Of a DNA stretch of 64,000 bases, positions 9,455 through 22,286 are shown one piece after another. The position numbers were made by a program, and so were the translations under genes. Every line of letters starts with the position of its first letter. Positions within the stretch are counted from its first letter, which is position 1. This DNA comes from Myxococcota bacterium. GTDB taxonomy: Bacteria > Myxococcota_A > UBA9160 > JAFDDA01. The DNA is taken from NCBI GenBank assembly GCA_965228475.1, contig OZ245817.1, positions 4,320,001 through 4,384,000 of the forward strand. Direction: 5' to 3'. The notes under the pieces were generated by a model. The model saw nothing but the letters and a program-made list of their open reading frames with translations. It did not search any database and had not been told where the DNA came from.

Positions 9455-11575
9455 CTACTTCTCGAGCGCGACGATGCGGCGGCCCTTCACGCCGAGCAGA
9501 TACGGTCGCTTCTGCGCAGTGCCGTCCGCCCGGATGTTCGTGACCCCGGACACGCCCGGGTAGGCCCGAACCCGGAGCAGGGCATCCCGCATGCGATCTC
9601 GCGCGTTCAGGCCCTGCGCAAGTTGCGCCATGGTGAGGCGTCCGGCGTCGAAGGAGAGCGCCGCCAGCGACCCGGGCGGGGCGCCGTAGGCCGCCTCGAA
9701 GCCCTTCGAGAACTCCGCCACGTAGGGGACGTCGCTGTCCGGATAGAAGGTCTCGGTGAAGATCGCGCGGTTCATGTGGTAGCCGCCGATGCGCACGAGG
9801 TCCGGGTGGTTCCAGCCGGAGGAGCCGAGCAGCCGCACGCCCTTGACCTCGTGGAAGGCGAGCTGGGGCGCGATCAGGGTGACCTGCTCGTAGGAGTCCG
9901 GGATGAACAGCGCGTCGAAGCCGACGATGGGCGGCAGCGGCTCGTCGTTCGGCCCGCGCAGGGCCTTGGCTTCGGCCCGCAGCGCGAGGGCCTCGGCGGC
10001 CGGCAGGCGCTTGGCCTGGTTCAGCATGTCCTCGCGGGTCTCGAGGGCCTCCTTCACCGCGGGCGTGAGGTGCGCGAAGCCGACCAGGCTGCGGATCGGC
10101 CCCGCGAAGTCCGGCACGCCGGGCTCGTAGGATTCGACGCCGACGACGCGCCCGCCCCGCGCTTCGACCTGATCCCAGAAGAGGTCGCGGGCGCCGCGGC
10201 CGTAGGCGTCGTCCGGGTAGAGGATCGCGAAGCGGCCGAGGCCGGCGTCGCGGATGGCGTGGTCGACGAGGACCTCGATCTCGCCGCGGGGCTCGCGGCC
10301 CGCGCGGAAGACCCAGGGCCGCTCCTGGGCGACCTCGTCGCGCCCGGTGAGGGCGAGCAGCGGGACGCGGCGGGCCTCGGCCACGCCAGCGGCGGCCTCG
10401 GCCTCGCTCGCGAGCAGCGGCCCGATGATGGCGGACACTGACGACACGCTCGCGAGCTCCTCGACGGCGCGGGCGGCCCCGTCGGGCGTTCCGCCGCTGT
10501 CGCGGACCAGCACGTGGACGCCGCCGTCGCCTCCGCCGAAGACCTCCGCCGCCATCAAGACGCCGCGCAGGCACTCTTCGCCGAAGCCCGAGAACTGGCC
10601 CGAGAGGGGCAGGACGACGCCGATCGTCCCGCTGGCGCCGCGCAGGTCGCCGACCGGCCGCACCTCGGAGAAGCTCGGAAGCTCCGCCGCGGAGGGCCCG
10701 GCTTCGAGGGTCGAGCCGGCCAGGCGCGACTGCAGCGCCAGCCGGCGCTCGTTCTCCGCGCTCGTCCCCGGCAGCGTGGCCGCCGCTTCGAGCGCCTTGC
10801 GCGCGCGGTCGAGGTCGTCGTTCTCGAGGGCCATCTCGGCGAGGCGGAGCTGGACCCGCAGCGAGGGGAAGCGCCCCTCGAGCTTTCGCGCGGCCTTCTC
10901 GAGATCCGAGCGGTCGAGGGAGAGCAGGGTCTCGTCGATCACGTCCTCGATGCGCTCGCGCTCGGTCTGGTTGGGCGCGCTGGCATGAGCGCGCGCCCAC
11001 CAGCGGAGCGAGAGCACCGGGTCGCCGCGCTCGGCCGAGAGCTGCGAGAGCAGGACGTGGACGCGGTGCCGATCCGCCGGCGCGAGCTTCGCGAGCCGGA
11101 TGCGCGCCGCGGTCCGGTAGGCGGTGTCGCGCTCCCCGGCGGCCCGCTGCACCTCGGCCAGGAGCAGCCGGATCTCGTCGATGCGGTCGCCGCGGCCGTG
11201 GGTGCGCGTCGCCCAGACGAGCTGGCGCTCGGCCCGGGCGTACTGGCCGTTCTCCGCGGCACGGCGCGCGAGCTCGAGGGCGGCGTCGTCGGCCAGCGGG
11301 TCGCGCGGCCACTCGAGCAGGAAGCGCTCGAGCACGCCCGAGGGCGTGTTCTCCTCGACCCGCGCGAGCGGCACCGACTTCATCTCCGGAGGCGGCGCCA
11401 CGCCGGGTTCGGGCGCTTCGACGGGGTTCTGGGCGGTCTCGAAGGGCGCCGTCGAGGACGACGTCGGGAACGGCGCTTCGCCGGTCGCCGTACAGGCGGA
11501 CAGCCCGACGCAGACCCAGAGGGAGGCGAGGAATCGGGCCGAGGGGCCGCTACAGAGGGGATGGCGGTGGCGCAA
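9455..11575 (-). CDS. LpoA-like penicillin-binding protein activator / periplasmic-binding-fold lipoprotein
   Basis: Lipobox GLSAC, TPR-like helices, IGVVLPLSG...IIGPL...FDALFIPD; TTG start after GAAGGA. Confidence 0.75.
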   Translation of the reverse strand: MRHRHPLCSGPSARFLASLWVCVGLSACTATGEAPFPTSSSTAPFETAQNPVEAPEPGVAPPPEMKSVPLARVEENTPSGVLERFLLEWPRDPLADDAALELARRAAENGQYARAERQLVWATRTHGRGDRIDEIRLLLAEVQRAAGERDTAYRTAARIRLAKLAPADRHRVHVLLSQLSAERGDPVLSLRWWARAHASAPNQTERERIEDVIDETLLSLDRSDLEKAARKLEGRFPSLRVQLRLAEMALENDDLDRARKALEAAATLPGTSAENERRLALQSRLAGSTLEAGPSAAELPSFSEVRPVGDLRGASGTIGVVLPLSGQFSGFGEECLRGVLMAAEVFGGGDGGVHVLVRDSGGTPDGAARAVEELASVSSVSAIIGPLLASEAEAAAGVAEARRVPLLALTGRDEVAQERPWVFRAGREPRGEIEVLVDHAIRDAGLGRFAILYPDDAYGRGARDLFWDQVEARGGRVVGVESYEPGVPDFAGPIRSLVGFAHLTPAVKEALETREDMLNQAKRLPAAEALALRAEAKALRGPNDEPLPPIVGFDALFIPDSYEQVTLIAPQLAFHEVKGVRLLGSSGWNHPDLVRIGGYHMNRAIFTETFYPDSDVPYVAEFSKGFEAAYGAPPGSLAALSFDAGRLTMAQLAQGLNARDRMRDALLRVRAYPGVSGVTNIRADGTAQKRPYLLGVKGRRIVALEK

Positions 11576-11607
11576 GCGCGGGAGTCCTTCCGTCGTCGGC
11601 CGCGGTC

Positions 11608-12732
11608 TCAGTCGAACAAATCCCGGAGCTTGTCGAGGAAGCCCTTGGTCACGGGCGAGACCTCGGTGTCCGTCTCCTCGGCGAACTGCTCGAGGAGCTG
11701 GCGCTGGCGCTCGGTCAACTGCGTCGGCACTTCCACGAAGATGCGACACAACTGGTCGCCCCGCGAGCTGGAATGCAGGGACGGCACGCCCTTGCCCCGC
11801 AGGCGGATCGTCTTGCCCGATTGCGTCCCCTCCGGAATCCGCACCTTGACCTTGCCGTCGACGGTGGGCACCTCGACCTCGGCGCCGAGGGCGGCCTGCA
11901 CGAACGGCACGGGCACCTCGCAGTGGAGGTCCGGCCCGTCGCGCCGGAAGAGCGGATGGGGCCTCACCGAGAGCACGACGTAGAGGTCGCCCGCCGGGCC
12001 TCCCGCGAGGCCCGCTTCGCCCTCGGCCTGGAGACGCAGCCGCGCGCCGTCGTCGACGCCGGGCGGCACGCGCACCGTGATGGTCTGCTCGCTCTCGACG
12101 CGGCCCATGCCGCGGCAGTCCTCGCAGCGCTCGCGGATGATCTCGCCGGCGCCGCCGCAGGCATCGCAGGGCCGGCTGATGCGGAAGAAGCCCTGCTGGA
12201 AGATCACCTGGCCGGTGCCGCGGCAGCGCGAGCAGGTCTCGCGGCCGGTCCCCGGGCGCGCGCCCGAGCTGTCGCAGGTGTTGCAGCCGCGCATCTTCGG
12301 GATCGTGATCTTGGCGTCGAGGCCGTCGATCACGTCCTGGAGCTCGATCTCGAGGTTGTAGCGGAGGTCCGCGCCGCGCTGGCCGCGGCCGCGCCGGCCG
12401 CCGGGCCCGCCGCGCGCGCCGAAGATGTCGCCGAACAGATCGTTGAAGAGATCGGTGAAGGAGCCGAGGTCGCCGAAGTCGGGCGCGCCGCCGGGGCCAC
12501 CGCCCATGCCCACGCCCTGGTGGCCGAAGCGGTCGTAGGCCTGGCGCTTCTGGGGGTCCGAGAGCACCGAGTACGCCTCGGAGACTTCCTTGAACGCCTC
12601 CTCGGCGGCCGGGTCGTCGGGGTTCCGGTCCGGGTGATACTGGAGGGCCAGCTTGCGGTAGGCCTTCTTCAGCTCGTCCTCGGACGCTTCCCGGTGCGCG
12701 CCGAGGATTTCGTAGTAGTCGCGTTTGGACAA
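11608..12732 (-). CDS. dnaJ: Chaperone DnaJ
   Basis: J domain HPD, G/F region, four CxxCxGxG-type repeats. Confidence 0.97.
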   Translation of the reverse strand: MSKRDYYEILGAHREASEDELKKAYRKLALQYHPDRNPDDPAAEEAFKEVSEAYSVLSDPQKRQAYDRFGHQGVGMGGGPGGAPDFGDLGSFTDLFNDLFGDIFGARGGPGGRRGRGQRGADLRYNLEIELQDVIDGLDAKITIPKMRGCNTCDSSGARPGTGRETCSRCRGTGQVIFQQGFFRISRPCDACGGAGEIIRERCEDCRGMGRVESEQTITVRVPPGVDDGARLRLQAEGEAGLAGGPAGDLYVVLSVRPHPLFRRDGPDLHCEVPVPFVQAALGAEVEVPTVDGKVKVRIPEGTQSGKTIRLRGKGVPSLHSSSRGDQLCRIFVEVPTQLTERQRQLLEQFAEETDTEVSPVTKGFLDKLRDLFD

Positions 12733-12849
12733 GAACCGGGCCCCATTGAGGTGCGGCGCGAAGAGCGCTTGCGGACGAGGGGCTAAGGATAGGCCCGGAG
12801 CCGGGAATCTCCACCGGAGGCGGAGCCCCCGCTTGGGCCGGGCCGGGGG

Positions 12850-14667
<1,818 letters not shown>

Positions 14668-14703
14668 GCCGTCGCCCCCTCCCCCTCGAGGCGTCGGCGC
14701 GGA

Positions 14704-15345
14704 TCACTCCGAAGCCGGCTCCTCGGGCTTTGCGTTGCCCCCTTCCGAGGGCTTCGACACCACCACGCGAGCCGGCCGGATCAGGTGGTCGTGCAGCTGG
14801 TATCCGCGCTGGAACACCTGCACCACCGTATTCGGCGGACGCTCGTCGTCGGGCGCCTGGGCCATGGCTTCGTGCACTTCGGGGTCGAAGGGCTTCCCGT
14901 CCGCTTCGATCTCCGTGACGCCGTAGCGACCGAAGACGCCTTGCAGCTCCCGCAGGACGAGTTCGACCCCCTGCATCAAGCCTTCGACGTCGCCGCCTTC
15001 GCTCTGGCGCGTGTGCTCCACGGCCCGCTCCAAGTTATCGACCGTGGGCAGCAAATCCTTGACGAGGTTCTCGTGGCCGTAGCGGTACGCCTCCTCCTTT
15101 TCCCTGAGGGTTCGACGCCTCAGGTTCTCGAAGTCGGCCTGGAGGCGGAGGAGCTGATCCTTGAGCGCCGCGACCTCCTCGGAGGCATCGCCACCGGCTT
15201 CCGCGCCTTCGGAGGGTTCGGCCGCAGCGGCCTTGGGCTTGTCGCCGTCGACGGCCGCCAGCGCCTCGGCGAGGGCGTCCTCGAGCTCCTGGCTCGGCTG
15301 GATCGAGGGCTCTTCCGGCCCGTCGGGGTTCTTCGGTTCGCTCAC
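14704..15345 (-). CDS. grpE: Nucleotide exchange factor GrpE
   Basis: LRLQADFENLRRR, FDPEVHEAM, GYQLHDHLIRPARVVV. Confidence 0.93.
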   Translation of the reverse strand: MSEPKNPDGPEEPSIQPSQELEDALAEALAAVDGDKPKAAAAEPSEGAEAGGDASEEVAALKDQLLRLQADFENLRRRTLREKEEAYRYGHENLVKDLLPTVDNLERAVEHTRQSEGGDVEGLMQGVELVLRELQGVFGRYGVTEIEADGKPFDPEVHEAMAQAPDDERPPNTVVQVFQRGYQLHDHLIRPARVVVSKPSEGGNAKPEEPASE

Positions 15346-16403
15346 GCTGCGAGCTTCTCCGTCACGAGGCGGGAAAGGTAGTCGACGAGCGGGATCACCC
15401 GCCGGTAGTTCATGTGGCGCGGCCCGAGCACGCCGAGCACCCCGAGCGGCGCCTCCGGGTCGCCGTAGGGCGCCGTCACGATGGCGCAGCGTTCGAGTCC
15501 CACGCCTTCGGACTCCCCGCCGAACGAGAGCTTCACGCCGCCCGAGTCGATCACGCGATCGAGGAGCGCCACGAGCTGCTCCTTGGTCTCTACGGCTTCC
15601 AGGAGCTCCCGCATGAGCGCCGGATCGGCCTCGGGCTGGTCGAGCAGGGCGAGGCGGGTCGCGACGACGAGGTCGTCGCCCGGGTCTTCGAGAGTGGCGA
15701 GGGCCGCGGCGCCGATCCGCGCAGCGCGCTCGGCGAGGTCGGCCGCGCGGCGGCGCAGGTGGGCCGCCTCCCGGGCGAGCTGGCTCCGCATGTCGACGAG
15801 GCTCGAGCCGACGATGCGCGCGTTGAGCTCCGCGGCGACGCGGTCGAGCTCGGCCTGATCGCCCCAGCCGTCGTCGGCGACGACGCGCCGGTGCGTGACA
15901 CCCGTTCGTGTCACGAGCACGACCAGCACGCGCTCCTGCGCGAGGCGGACGAGCGAGAGATGACGCAGCACGATCCGCCCGACCCGGGGCGTCAGCACGA
16001 AGCCGAGCTGGTGGCTGCGCATCGAGAGCGTGCGCGACGCCTCGTGCATCACGCCCTCGCCGGTCGGCTCGTCGAAGGCGCCGGCGATCTCCCGGCACTC
16101 GAGGTCCGCGAGCCGCGGCGCGCCGATCAGCTCCGTCACGAAGCGACGCAGGCCATCCTCGGTGGGCATGCTGCCCGAAGAGGGATGCGGCTTGTCGACG
16201 AGACCGAGGCGCGTCAATTCCCCGAGCGTGGTGCGGATGCTCGCGGCCGAGAGCGATTCCGGAAGCAGGCGCGAGAGCGTGGGCGAGCCGATCGGGCCGC
16301 CGTCCCCGACGAAGGCACCGACGACCGCGCGCAGCACCATCGCCTGGCGCGCGGAGAGCGCGTCGGTAGCGCCGGTCGGGGGCTTCGGATTCGATGCGGC
16401 CAC
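15342..16403 (-). CDS. hrcA: Heat-inducible transcription repressor HrcA
   Basis: N-terminal wHTH (SAASIR...KPHPSSG), GVLGPRHMNY; upstream of grpE-dnaK-dnaJ. Confidence 0.88.
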   Translation of the reverse strand: MAASNPKPPTGATDALSARQAMVLRAVVGAFVGDGGPIGSPTLSRLLPESLSAASIRTTLGELTRLGLVDKPHPSSGSMPTEDGLRRFVTELIGAPRLADLECREIAGAFDEPTGEGVMHEASRTLSMRSHQLGFVLTPRVGRIVLRHLSLVRLAQERVLVVLVTRTGVTHRRVVADDGWGDQAELDRVAAELNARIVGSSLVDMRSQLAREAAHLRRRAADLAERAARIGAAALATLEDPGDDLVVATRLALLDQPEADPALMRELLEAVETKEQLVALLDRVIDSGGVKLSFGGESEGVGLERCAIVTAPYGDPEAPLGVLGVLGPRHMNYRRVIPLVDYLSRLVTEKLAA

Positions 16404-16522
16404 GGATCGAAAACCTCAATGAAATCCATAGGATTGGTAACACAGGCCGGGCCGGGGCGGCAAAGGTTTCGGCCCGGGCGCGCCCGCTTTTCCGGCCCGC
16501 CCCGGGCGAGCGGCCCGGAGGC

Positions 16523-17767
16523 TCAGACGAACCTCTCGAAGACCGAGTCGGAGAGCAGGCGGCCGCGCGGCGTGAGCCGGATCACGCCCTCGCGGGTTCG
16601 CGAGAGCAGGCCTGCGGCCCGGAGCTCCTCGAACTCCGTTTGGAACCAGCGCTCGGGCGGCGACCCGAACTCGGCCTCGAAACGCGCGGGGTCGAGGCCG
16701 TCCTCGGTGCGCAGGGCGAGAAAGACGGCTTCGCCCCGGGCCGTCTCCGGCGCCAGGACCTCGGCGGGGCCCGCCTCGGGGGATTCCCCCGCGTGCACCC
16801 GGGCCAGGTAGGCGTCCACGGCCCGGAGGTTCTGGCGGCGGGCGCCGTGGGGGGCCGCCGCGCTGCGCGGCTCGGTCGAGTGGGCCCCGACGCCGACGGC
16901 CAGCACGGGCTCCCGGCGCCAGTAGCGGGAGTTGTGGCGGCTGCGGTGGCCGGGGCGGGCGTGACTCGAGATCTCGTAGGGCTCGAGCCCGGCGGCGGCG
17001 AGGCGTTCGCCGACGTGTTCGTAGGCGTCGGCGGTGGTGTCGTCGGGGGGCGGCGCGAGCCGGCCCTCGGCCAGGGCCCGGCCGAAGGGCGTCCCGGGCT
17101 CGAAGGTGAGCGCGTAGGCCGAGACGTGCTCCGGCGCGAAGGCGGCGACGGCAGCGAGATCCGCATCGAGGGCGGCCCGGGTCTGGTCCGGGACGCCGAA
17201 GATCAGGTCGAGGGAGATCTCGTCGAAGCCCGCGGCGCGCGCGGCGGCCAGGGTGGCGTGGGCCTCTTCGGCGCGGTGGGCGCGGCCGAGTCGGCGCAGC
17301 ACGAGGTCGTCGAAGGATTGCACGCCGACCGAGAGCCGGTTCACCCCGGCCGCCCGGAAGGCCGGGAGGCGCTCGCGCTCGACCGTGCTCGGGTTGACCT
17401 CGAGCGTGACCTCGACGGGTGTCGCGGTGCGCGCCGGGAAGAGTCCGTCGACGGCGGCGAGCAGCCGGGCGACGGAGTCCGCGCCGAGGAGCGAGGGCGT
17501 GCCTCCGCCGAAGTAGATCGTGGCGAGGGCGAGCCCGGCGAAGTCCGCGTGGCGCTCGGTGATCTCCTGGATCAAGGCCTCGACGTAGGCGGCCTCGCGC
17601 TCGGGCCGCAGCGGGCGCGCCGCCTCGACGGCGAAATCGCAATAGGGGCACACGCGCTCGCAGAAGGGCACGTGCAGGTAGACACCGACGGTCTGGTCGA
17701 CGACCCGCGGCGGGGCGGCGCCGGCCGGGGCCGATTCTCGCGGGGTCTCGTCCTCGATGCGCGCCAT
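16523..17767 (-). CDS. hemW: Radical SAM heme chaperone HemW (HemN-like)
   Basis: YLHVPFCERVCPYCDF, YFGGGTPS, RLSVGVQSF. Confidence 0.88.
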   Translation of the reverse strand: MARIEDETPRESAPAGAAPPRVVDQTVGVYLHVPFCERVCPYCDFAVEAARPLRPEREAAYVEALIQEITERHADFAGLALATIYFGGGTPSLLGADSVARLLAAVDGLFPARTATPVEVTLEVNPSTVERERLPAFRAAGVNRLSVGVQSFDDLVLRRLGRAHRAEEAHATLAAARAAGFDEISLDLIFGVPDQTRAALDADLAAVAAFAPEHVSAYALTFEPGTPFGRALAEGRLAPPPDDTTADAYEHVGERLAAAGLEPYEISSHARPGHRSRHNSRYWRREPVLAVGVGAHSTEPRSAAAPHGARRQNLRAVDAYLARVHAGESPEAGPAEVLAPETARGEAVFLALRTEDGLDPARFEAEFGSPPERWFQTEFEELRAAGLLSRTREGVIRLTPRGRLLSDSVFERFV

Positions 17768-17794
17768 CCCGGGGGAGGGTACCTTGCCGCGGAT

Positions 17795-20359
17795 TTGAGC
17801 GAGCCCCGCATCCACTTCGAAACCCTCCCGAACGGGCTGACCCTGCTCCTGCGAGAGGCCCACGCGGCGCCCGTCGCGAGCCTCCAGATCTGGACGCGCG
17901 TGGGCTCCGCCGACGAGCGGCCCCACGAAGCGGGCCTCGCGCACTTCCACGAACACATGCTCTTCAAGGGCACCGAGCGGCGCGGCGTCGGCGAGATCGC
18001 CGGGGAAGTGGAGGGCGTCGGCGGTCAGATCAACGCCTTCACCACCTTCGACGCGACGGTCTACTACGCGACGCTCCCCTCGGACGCCCTCGGCGCCGGC
18101 CTCGACGTGCTCACCGATGCGGTCCGCCACTCGATCTTCGACGAGGCCGAGATCGAGCGCGAGATCGGCGTCGTGCTCGAAGAGATCCACCGCTCGAACG
18201 ACACGCCGGGCCACGTGATCAGCGACGCCGTCTTCGCCGAGGCCTACCACGTGCATCCCTACCGGGGCCCGATTCTCGGCAGCGAGGCGAGCGTCTCCTC
18301 GATCACGCGCGAGCGGCTGCGCGACTTCTTCGGGCGCTGGTACGCACCGGACCACTTCACCGTCGTCGCCGTCGGGGACTTCGATGCCGGCGACTTCGCC
18401 GAGGAAGTGAAGGCCGCGTTCGCCGATGCCGAGCCGAGCGGCACCCAGCGCAGCCGGCCGCCGGAGCCGCCGCAGCAAGCGCTCCGCGCGCTCTGCCTCG
18501 ACCGCGACTTCGAGCGCACCTCCCTCGATCTGTCCTGGAAGACGACGGCACTCGCGCACCCGGACACGCCGCACCTCGACCTGCTCGCCTTCGTGCTCGG
18601 CGAAGGGGATTCCTCGCGGCTCTTCCAGCACGTGAAGGAGCGCGACGGCCTGGCCGACCGCATCGACGCGTCCTCCTACACGCCCTTCGAACCAGGCCTC
18701 TTCTCGGTGACGGTGGACCTCGACAGCGAGCGCGTGCTTTCGTGCCTCGAGGCCGTCGCCCGCGAAATCGAGCGCGTGCGCTGCGAGCCGCCCTCGCTCG
18801 ACGAGCTCGAAAAGGCCCGCGCGAACTTCCTGGCGAGCACGCACTTCGAGCGCGAGAGCGTCGGCGGGATGGCGGGCAAGCTCGGCAACTTCCACGTCTT
18901 CGGCGGCGACTACCGGCTCGAGGAACGCTACCTCCAGGCCATCCGCGAGGCCGCGCCCGAGGATCTCCGGCGCGTGGCCCAGCGCTATCTCGGCAACGAG
19001 CAGCTCACCGCCGGCGTGCTGCGCGGACGGCCCGAAGGCGCGCCGCTCGGCGAGAAGCCCATCCGCAACGCCGTCGAGCGTGGCGCGCGCAACGCCACGC
19101 GCCGGCTGCGCGCGCGCGCGACGCAGGAGACCGGCGACATCGCGAGCTTCGAGCTCGGCTGCGGCGCGCGCCTCTACGTCCGGCCCCAGCGCGACGTGCC
19201 GGTCGTCGCCCTGCGCGGCGCGCTGCGCGGCGGACTCCTCGCCGAGACCCCGGCCCAGGCGGGCATCGGCCAGTTCATGACCGAGAGCTGGCTGCGTGGC
19301 ACGCGCACGCGCTCCTCGGCGGAGCTCGCGCGCTCGATCGAAGCCATGGCCGCGGACATCGACGGCTTCTCCGGGCGCAACAGCCTCGGCCTCACGCTCG
19401 ACGCGACGAGCGACCGCCTGGAAGCGGGCCTCGACCTCTACGCCGAGATCCTCCTCTCGCCGGCCTTCGAGGCGGGCGAGATCGAGCGGCAGCGCAGCGA
19501 CACCCTCGCCGCCCTCGCGCGCCGGGAAGATCGGCTCGGCGCCCGCGCCTTCGACCTCTTCCAGGGCGCACTCTACGGCGGCCACCCCTACGCGATGCCG
19601 CTCGTCGGCAACGAAGCGAGCGTGCGCGCCCTCGACCGGGAGGCGCTGCTCGAACATCACGGCCGGCTCGTGCGCGGGCCGAACCTCGTCTTCGGCATCG
19701 CCGGGGACGTCGATCCGGAACACGTCGCCGAAGGGCTCTCACGCAGGCTCTCGGAGCTCCCGGACGAAGCGAGCCAGCCGGCGGAGCCGCCGCTCGCCGC
19801 CTGGCCCCCGCCGAGCCAGGACGTCGAGGCGCGCAAGGACCGCGAGCAGGCGCACCTCGTCGTCGGCTTCCCGGGCCTCACGCTGCTCGACCCGGACCGC
19901 CACGCCCTCGAGGTGATCTCGCAGCTCCTCGCGGGCCAGGGCGGCCGGCTCTTCCTCGAGCTGCGCGACAAGAAGAGCCTCGCCTACTCGGTCTCCGCGT
20001 CGAACGTCGAGGGCATCGCGCCGGGCTTCTTCGCCACCTACATCGCGACCTCGCCCGAACGCCTCGACGAAGCGCGCGAGGGCATGTTCACCGAGCTCGC
20101 GAAGCTCCTCGAGGGCCCGCCCGAGGAAGCCGAGATCGAGCGCGCGCGCCGCTATCTCGTCGGCAGCCACGCGATCGAGGAGCAGCGCAGCGGGAGCCGC
20201 GCCCTCCATCTGGCGCTCGACGCCCTCTACGGCCTCGGGCCGGACGCGAGCGCGCGCTACGCCGAGGCCGTCCGCAGCGTCACGCCGGCGGACGTGCAGC
20301 GCGTGGCGGCGCGGGTGATCGACTTCGACCACCGCATCACCGCGACGATCCTTCCTTAG
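17795..20359 (+). CDS. M16 family zinc metallopeptidase (pitrilysin-like, two-domain)
   Basis: HFHEHMLFKGT (HxxEH), NAFTT; TTG start inferred. Confidence 0.9.
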   Translation: MSEPRIHFETLPNGLTLLLREAHAAPVASLQIWTRVGSADERPHEAGLAHFHEHMLFKGTERRGVGEIAGEVEGVGGQINAFTTFDATVYYATLPSDALGAGLDVLTDAVRHSIFDEAEIEREIGVVLEEIHRSNDTPGHVISDAVFAEAYHVHPYRGPILGSEASVSSITRERLRDFFGRWYAPDHFTVVAVGDFDAGDFAEEVKAAFADAEPSGTQRSRPPEPPQQALRALCLDRDFERTSLDLSWKTTALAHPDTPHLDLLAFVLGEGDSSRLFQHVKERDGLADRIDASSYTPFEPGLFSVTVDLDSERVLSCLEAVAREIERVRCEPPSLDELEKARANFLASTHFERESVGGMAGKLGNFHVFGGDYRLEERYLQAIREAAPEDLRRVAQRYLGNEQLTAGVLRGRPEGAPLGEKPIRNAVERGARNATRRLRARATQETGDIASFELGCGARLYVRPQRDVPVVALRGALRGGLLAETPAQAGIGQFMTESWLRGTRTRSSAELARSIEAMAADIDGFSGRNSLGLTLDATSDRLEAGLDLYAEILLSPAFEAGEIERQRSDTLAALARREDRLGARAFDLFQGALYGGHPYAMPLVGNEASVRALDREALLEHHGRLVRGPNLVFGIAGDVDPEHVAEGLSRRLSELPDEASQPAEPPLAAWPPPSQDVEARKDREQAHLVVGFPGLTLLDPDRHALEVISQLLAGQGGRLFLELRDKKSLAYSVSASNVEGIAPGFFATYIATSPERLDEAREGMFTELAKLLEGPPEEAEIERARRYLVGSHAIEEQRSGSRALHLALDALYGLGPDASARYAEAVRSVTPADVQRVAARVIDFDHRITATILP

Positions 20360-22104
20360 TAGGGGACGGCGGCGCCGTCGGTCCGCGGGTCGGTTCCGCC
20401 GTAGTGGAGTCCGCTCTCCGGGTCGATCACGATCGCCTGGGCGCTCGACCAGTTGCGCTCCGAGATCTCGACCGGATGCCCGCGCCGGCGGAGCGCGTCG
20501 ACCACGTCGGCCGGCACGGCCTCCTCGACGAGCAGGCGATCCGGCACCCACTGGTGGTGGTAGCGCGGCGCCGAGACGGCCTCCTGCACGTCCATGCCGT
20601 GGTCGATCACGTTCAGGATGGTGAGCAGGGTCGTCGTGATGATGCGCGGCCCGCCGGGGCTCCCGGTGACCATGAAGGGCTTGCCGTCGCGCATGACGAT
20701 GCTCGGGGTCATGCTCGAGAGCGGGCGCTTGCCGGGTGCGACGGCGTTGGCGCCGCGCGTATCGACCAGCCCGAACGCGTTCGGGCGGTTCGGCGCGATC
20801 GAGAAGTCGTCCATCTCGTTGTTCAGGATGATTCCGGTGCCGCGCACCGTGACCCCGGAACCGTAGGTCAGGTTGATCGTCTGGGTGATCGCGACGGCGT
20901 TGCCCTCGGCATCCGTCGTCGAGAGATGCATCGTGCCCGCGTCCTCTTGCGGAAGGCCCGGCCCCTCGACCGTGATCGCCCGCTCGCGGCCCCAGTGCCA
21001 GGGCGCCTTGCGCCAGAAGGGCGGCAGCAGGCGGGCGCGCAGGCGGTCCGCGTAGGCCATGGACGTGAGCTCGGCCGTGGGGACGTCGACGAAGTCCGAA
21101 TCGCCCAGGTAGGCGGCGCGGTCCGCGAAGGCGAGCTTCATGGCCTCGGCCACGCGGTGCATGGCGGCCGAGCTGCCGGCGCCGAGCGGCGCGAGTTCGA
21201 AGCCCGAGAGGATGTTCAGGATCTCGACGAGGGCGATGCCGCCGGAAGACGGCGGAGGGAACGAGACCACCTCGTAGCCGCGGTAGCTCCCGCGGATCGG
21301 ATCCCGCAGCTTCGGCTCGTAGGCCGCGAGGTCCGCCTCCGTCACGAGACCGCCGCGCCGCTCCATCTCCGCGGCGATCGCGCGGGCGATCCGGCCCTCG
21401 TAGAACCCCTTCGGGCCCTCGGCCGCGATCGTGCGCAGGGTCTCGGCGAGTTCGGGCTGGCGCAGCACCCAGCCGGCGCGGGCGGGCTCGCCCTCGGGCG
21501 GGAGCTGGATCGCGGCCGTCTCCGGGAAGCGCTTGGCGAGCCCGTACTTCCGCCAGCGTTCCATGGTGCGCGCGTGGCGCGGGCCGACGGGGAAGCCTTC
21601 TTCCGCGAGTTCGATGGCTGGCGCGAGCACCTCGGCCAGGGAGAGCTTGCCGTAGCGCTCGAGCGCGAGGGCCGCGCCCGCGACCATGCCCGGCACGCCC
21701 ACCGCGAGCGCGCCCCAGCGCGACGCGTCTTCGGCCACGCCTTCGCGGACGTACATGTCGCGGTCCGCCGCGGCCGGAGCCGTCTCGCGTGCGTCGAGGG
21801 CGACCACCTCGCCCGAAGCCAGGCGGATCAGCAGGAAGCCGCCGCCGCCGATCCCCGAGTGGTAGGGGTCGGTGACGCCGAGGGCGAACGAGGCGGCGAT
21901 CGCCGCGTCGATGGCGTTGCCGCCTCGGGCGAGCATCGCCTGGCCGGCCTCCGCCGCACGGGCTTCCCCGGTGACGACCATCCCGCGCGTGCCCTCGGCC
22001 GGCGCCGTGGCCGCAGCGCGGGCGCCGGGCGCCGGGGCCCCGAGGGCCAGCGCCAGACCGAGAAGGAGCCAGACCACCGGACGGGGACGTGCGCATCTCG
22101 CCAT
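20356..22104 (-). CDS. ggt: Gamma-glutamyltransferase
   Basis: GGNAIDAA, SGIGGGGF, TMHLS...LNNEMDDF, PGKRPLSSM, GSPGG. Confidence 0.93.
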   Translation of the reverse strand: MARCARPRPVVWLLLGLALALGAPAPGARAAATAPAEGTRGMVVTGEARAAEAGQAMLARGGNAIDAAIAASFALGVTDPYHSGIGGGGFLLIRLASGEVVALDARETAPAAADRDMYVREGVAEDASRWGALAVGVPGMVAGAALALERYGKLSLAEVLAPAIELAEEGFPVGPRHARTMERWRKYGLAKRFPETAAIQLPPEGEPARAGWVLRQPELAETLRTIAAEGPKGFYEGRIARAIAAEMERRGGLVTEADLAAYEPKLRDPIRGSYRGYEVVSFPPPSSGGIALVEILNILSGFELAPLGAGSSAAMHRVAEAMKLAFADRAAYLGDSDFVDVPTAELTSMAYADRLRARLLPPFWRKAPWHWGRERAITVEGPGLPQEDAGTMHLSTTDAEGNAVAITQTINLTYGSGVTVRGTGIILNNEMDDFSIAPNRPNAFGLVDTRGANAVAPGKRPLSSMTPSIVMRDGKPFMVTGSPGGPRIITTTLLTILNVIDHGMDVQEAVSAPRYHHQWVPDRLLVEEAVPADVVDALRRRGHPVEISERNWSSAQAIVIDPESGLHYGGTDPRTDGAAVPY

Positions 22105-22286
22105 GGCGCGAACGCTAACACACGGAGGCGGTTCGCCCGATGCAACGCCTGGAGGGGGAGAGGGCCGGCCGAGCGGGCCACCGAAGCCGCACGGAACGGA
22201 TCCCGGCGATGCAACGTCTTGACAACGGACGACGCCGATCGCTACCGGCGTCGTGCAGGGAGGCGCGAGCGGACATGAGGGAAGGG

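Noticed and set aside
22138..22216. Direct repeat cgatgcaacg between ggt and the cyclophilin gene
   Set aside because: Only two 10-bp copies; too little to call an operator
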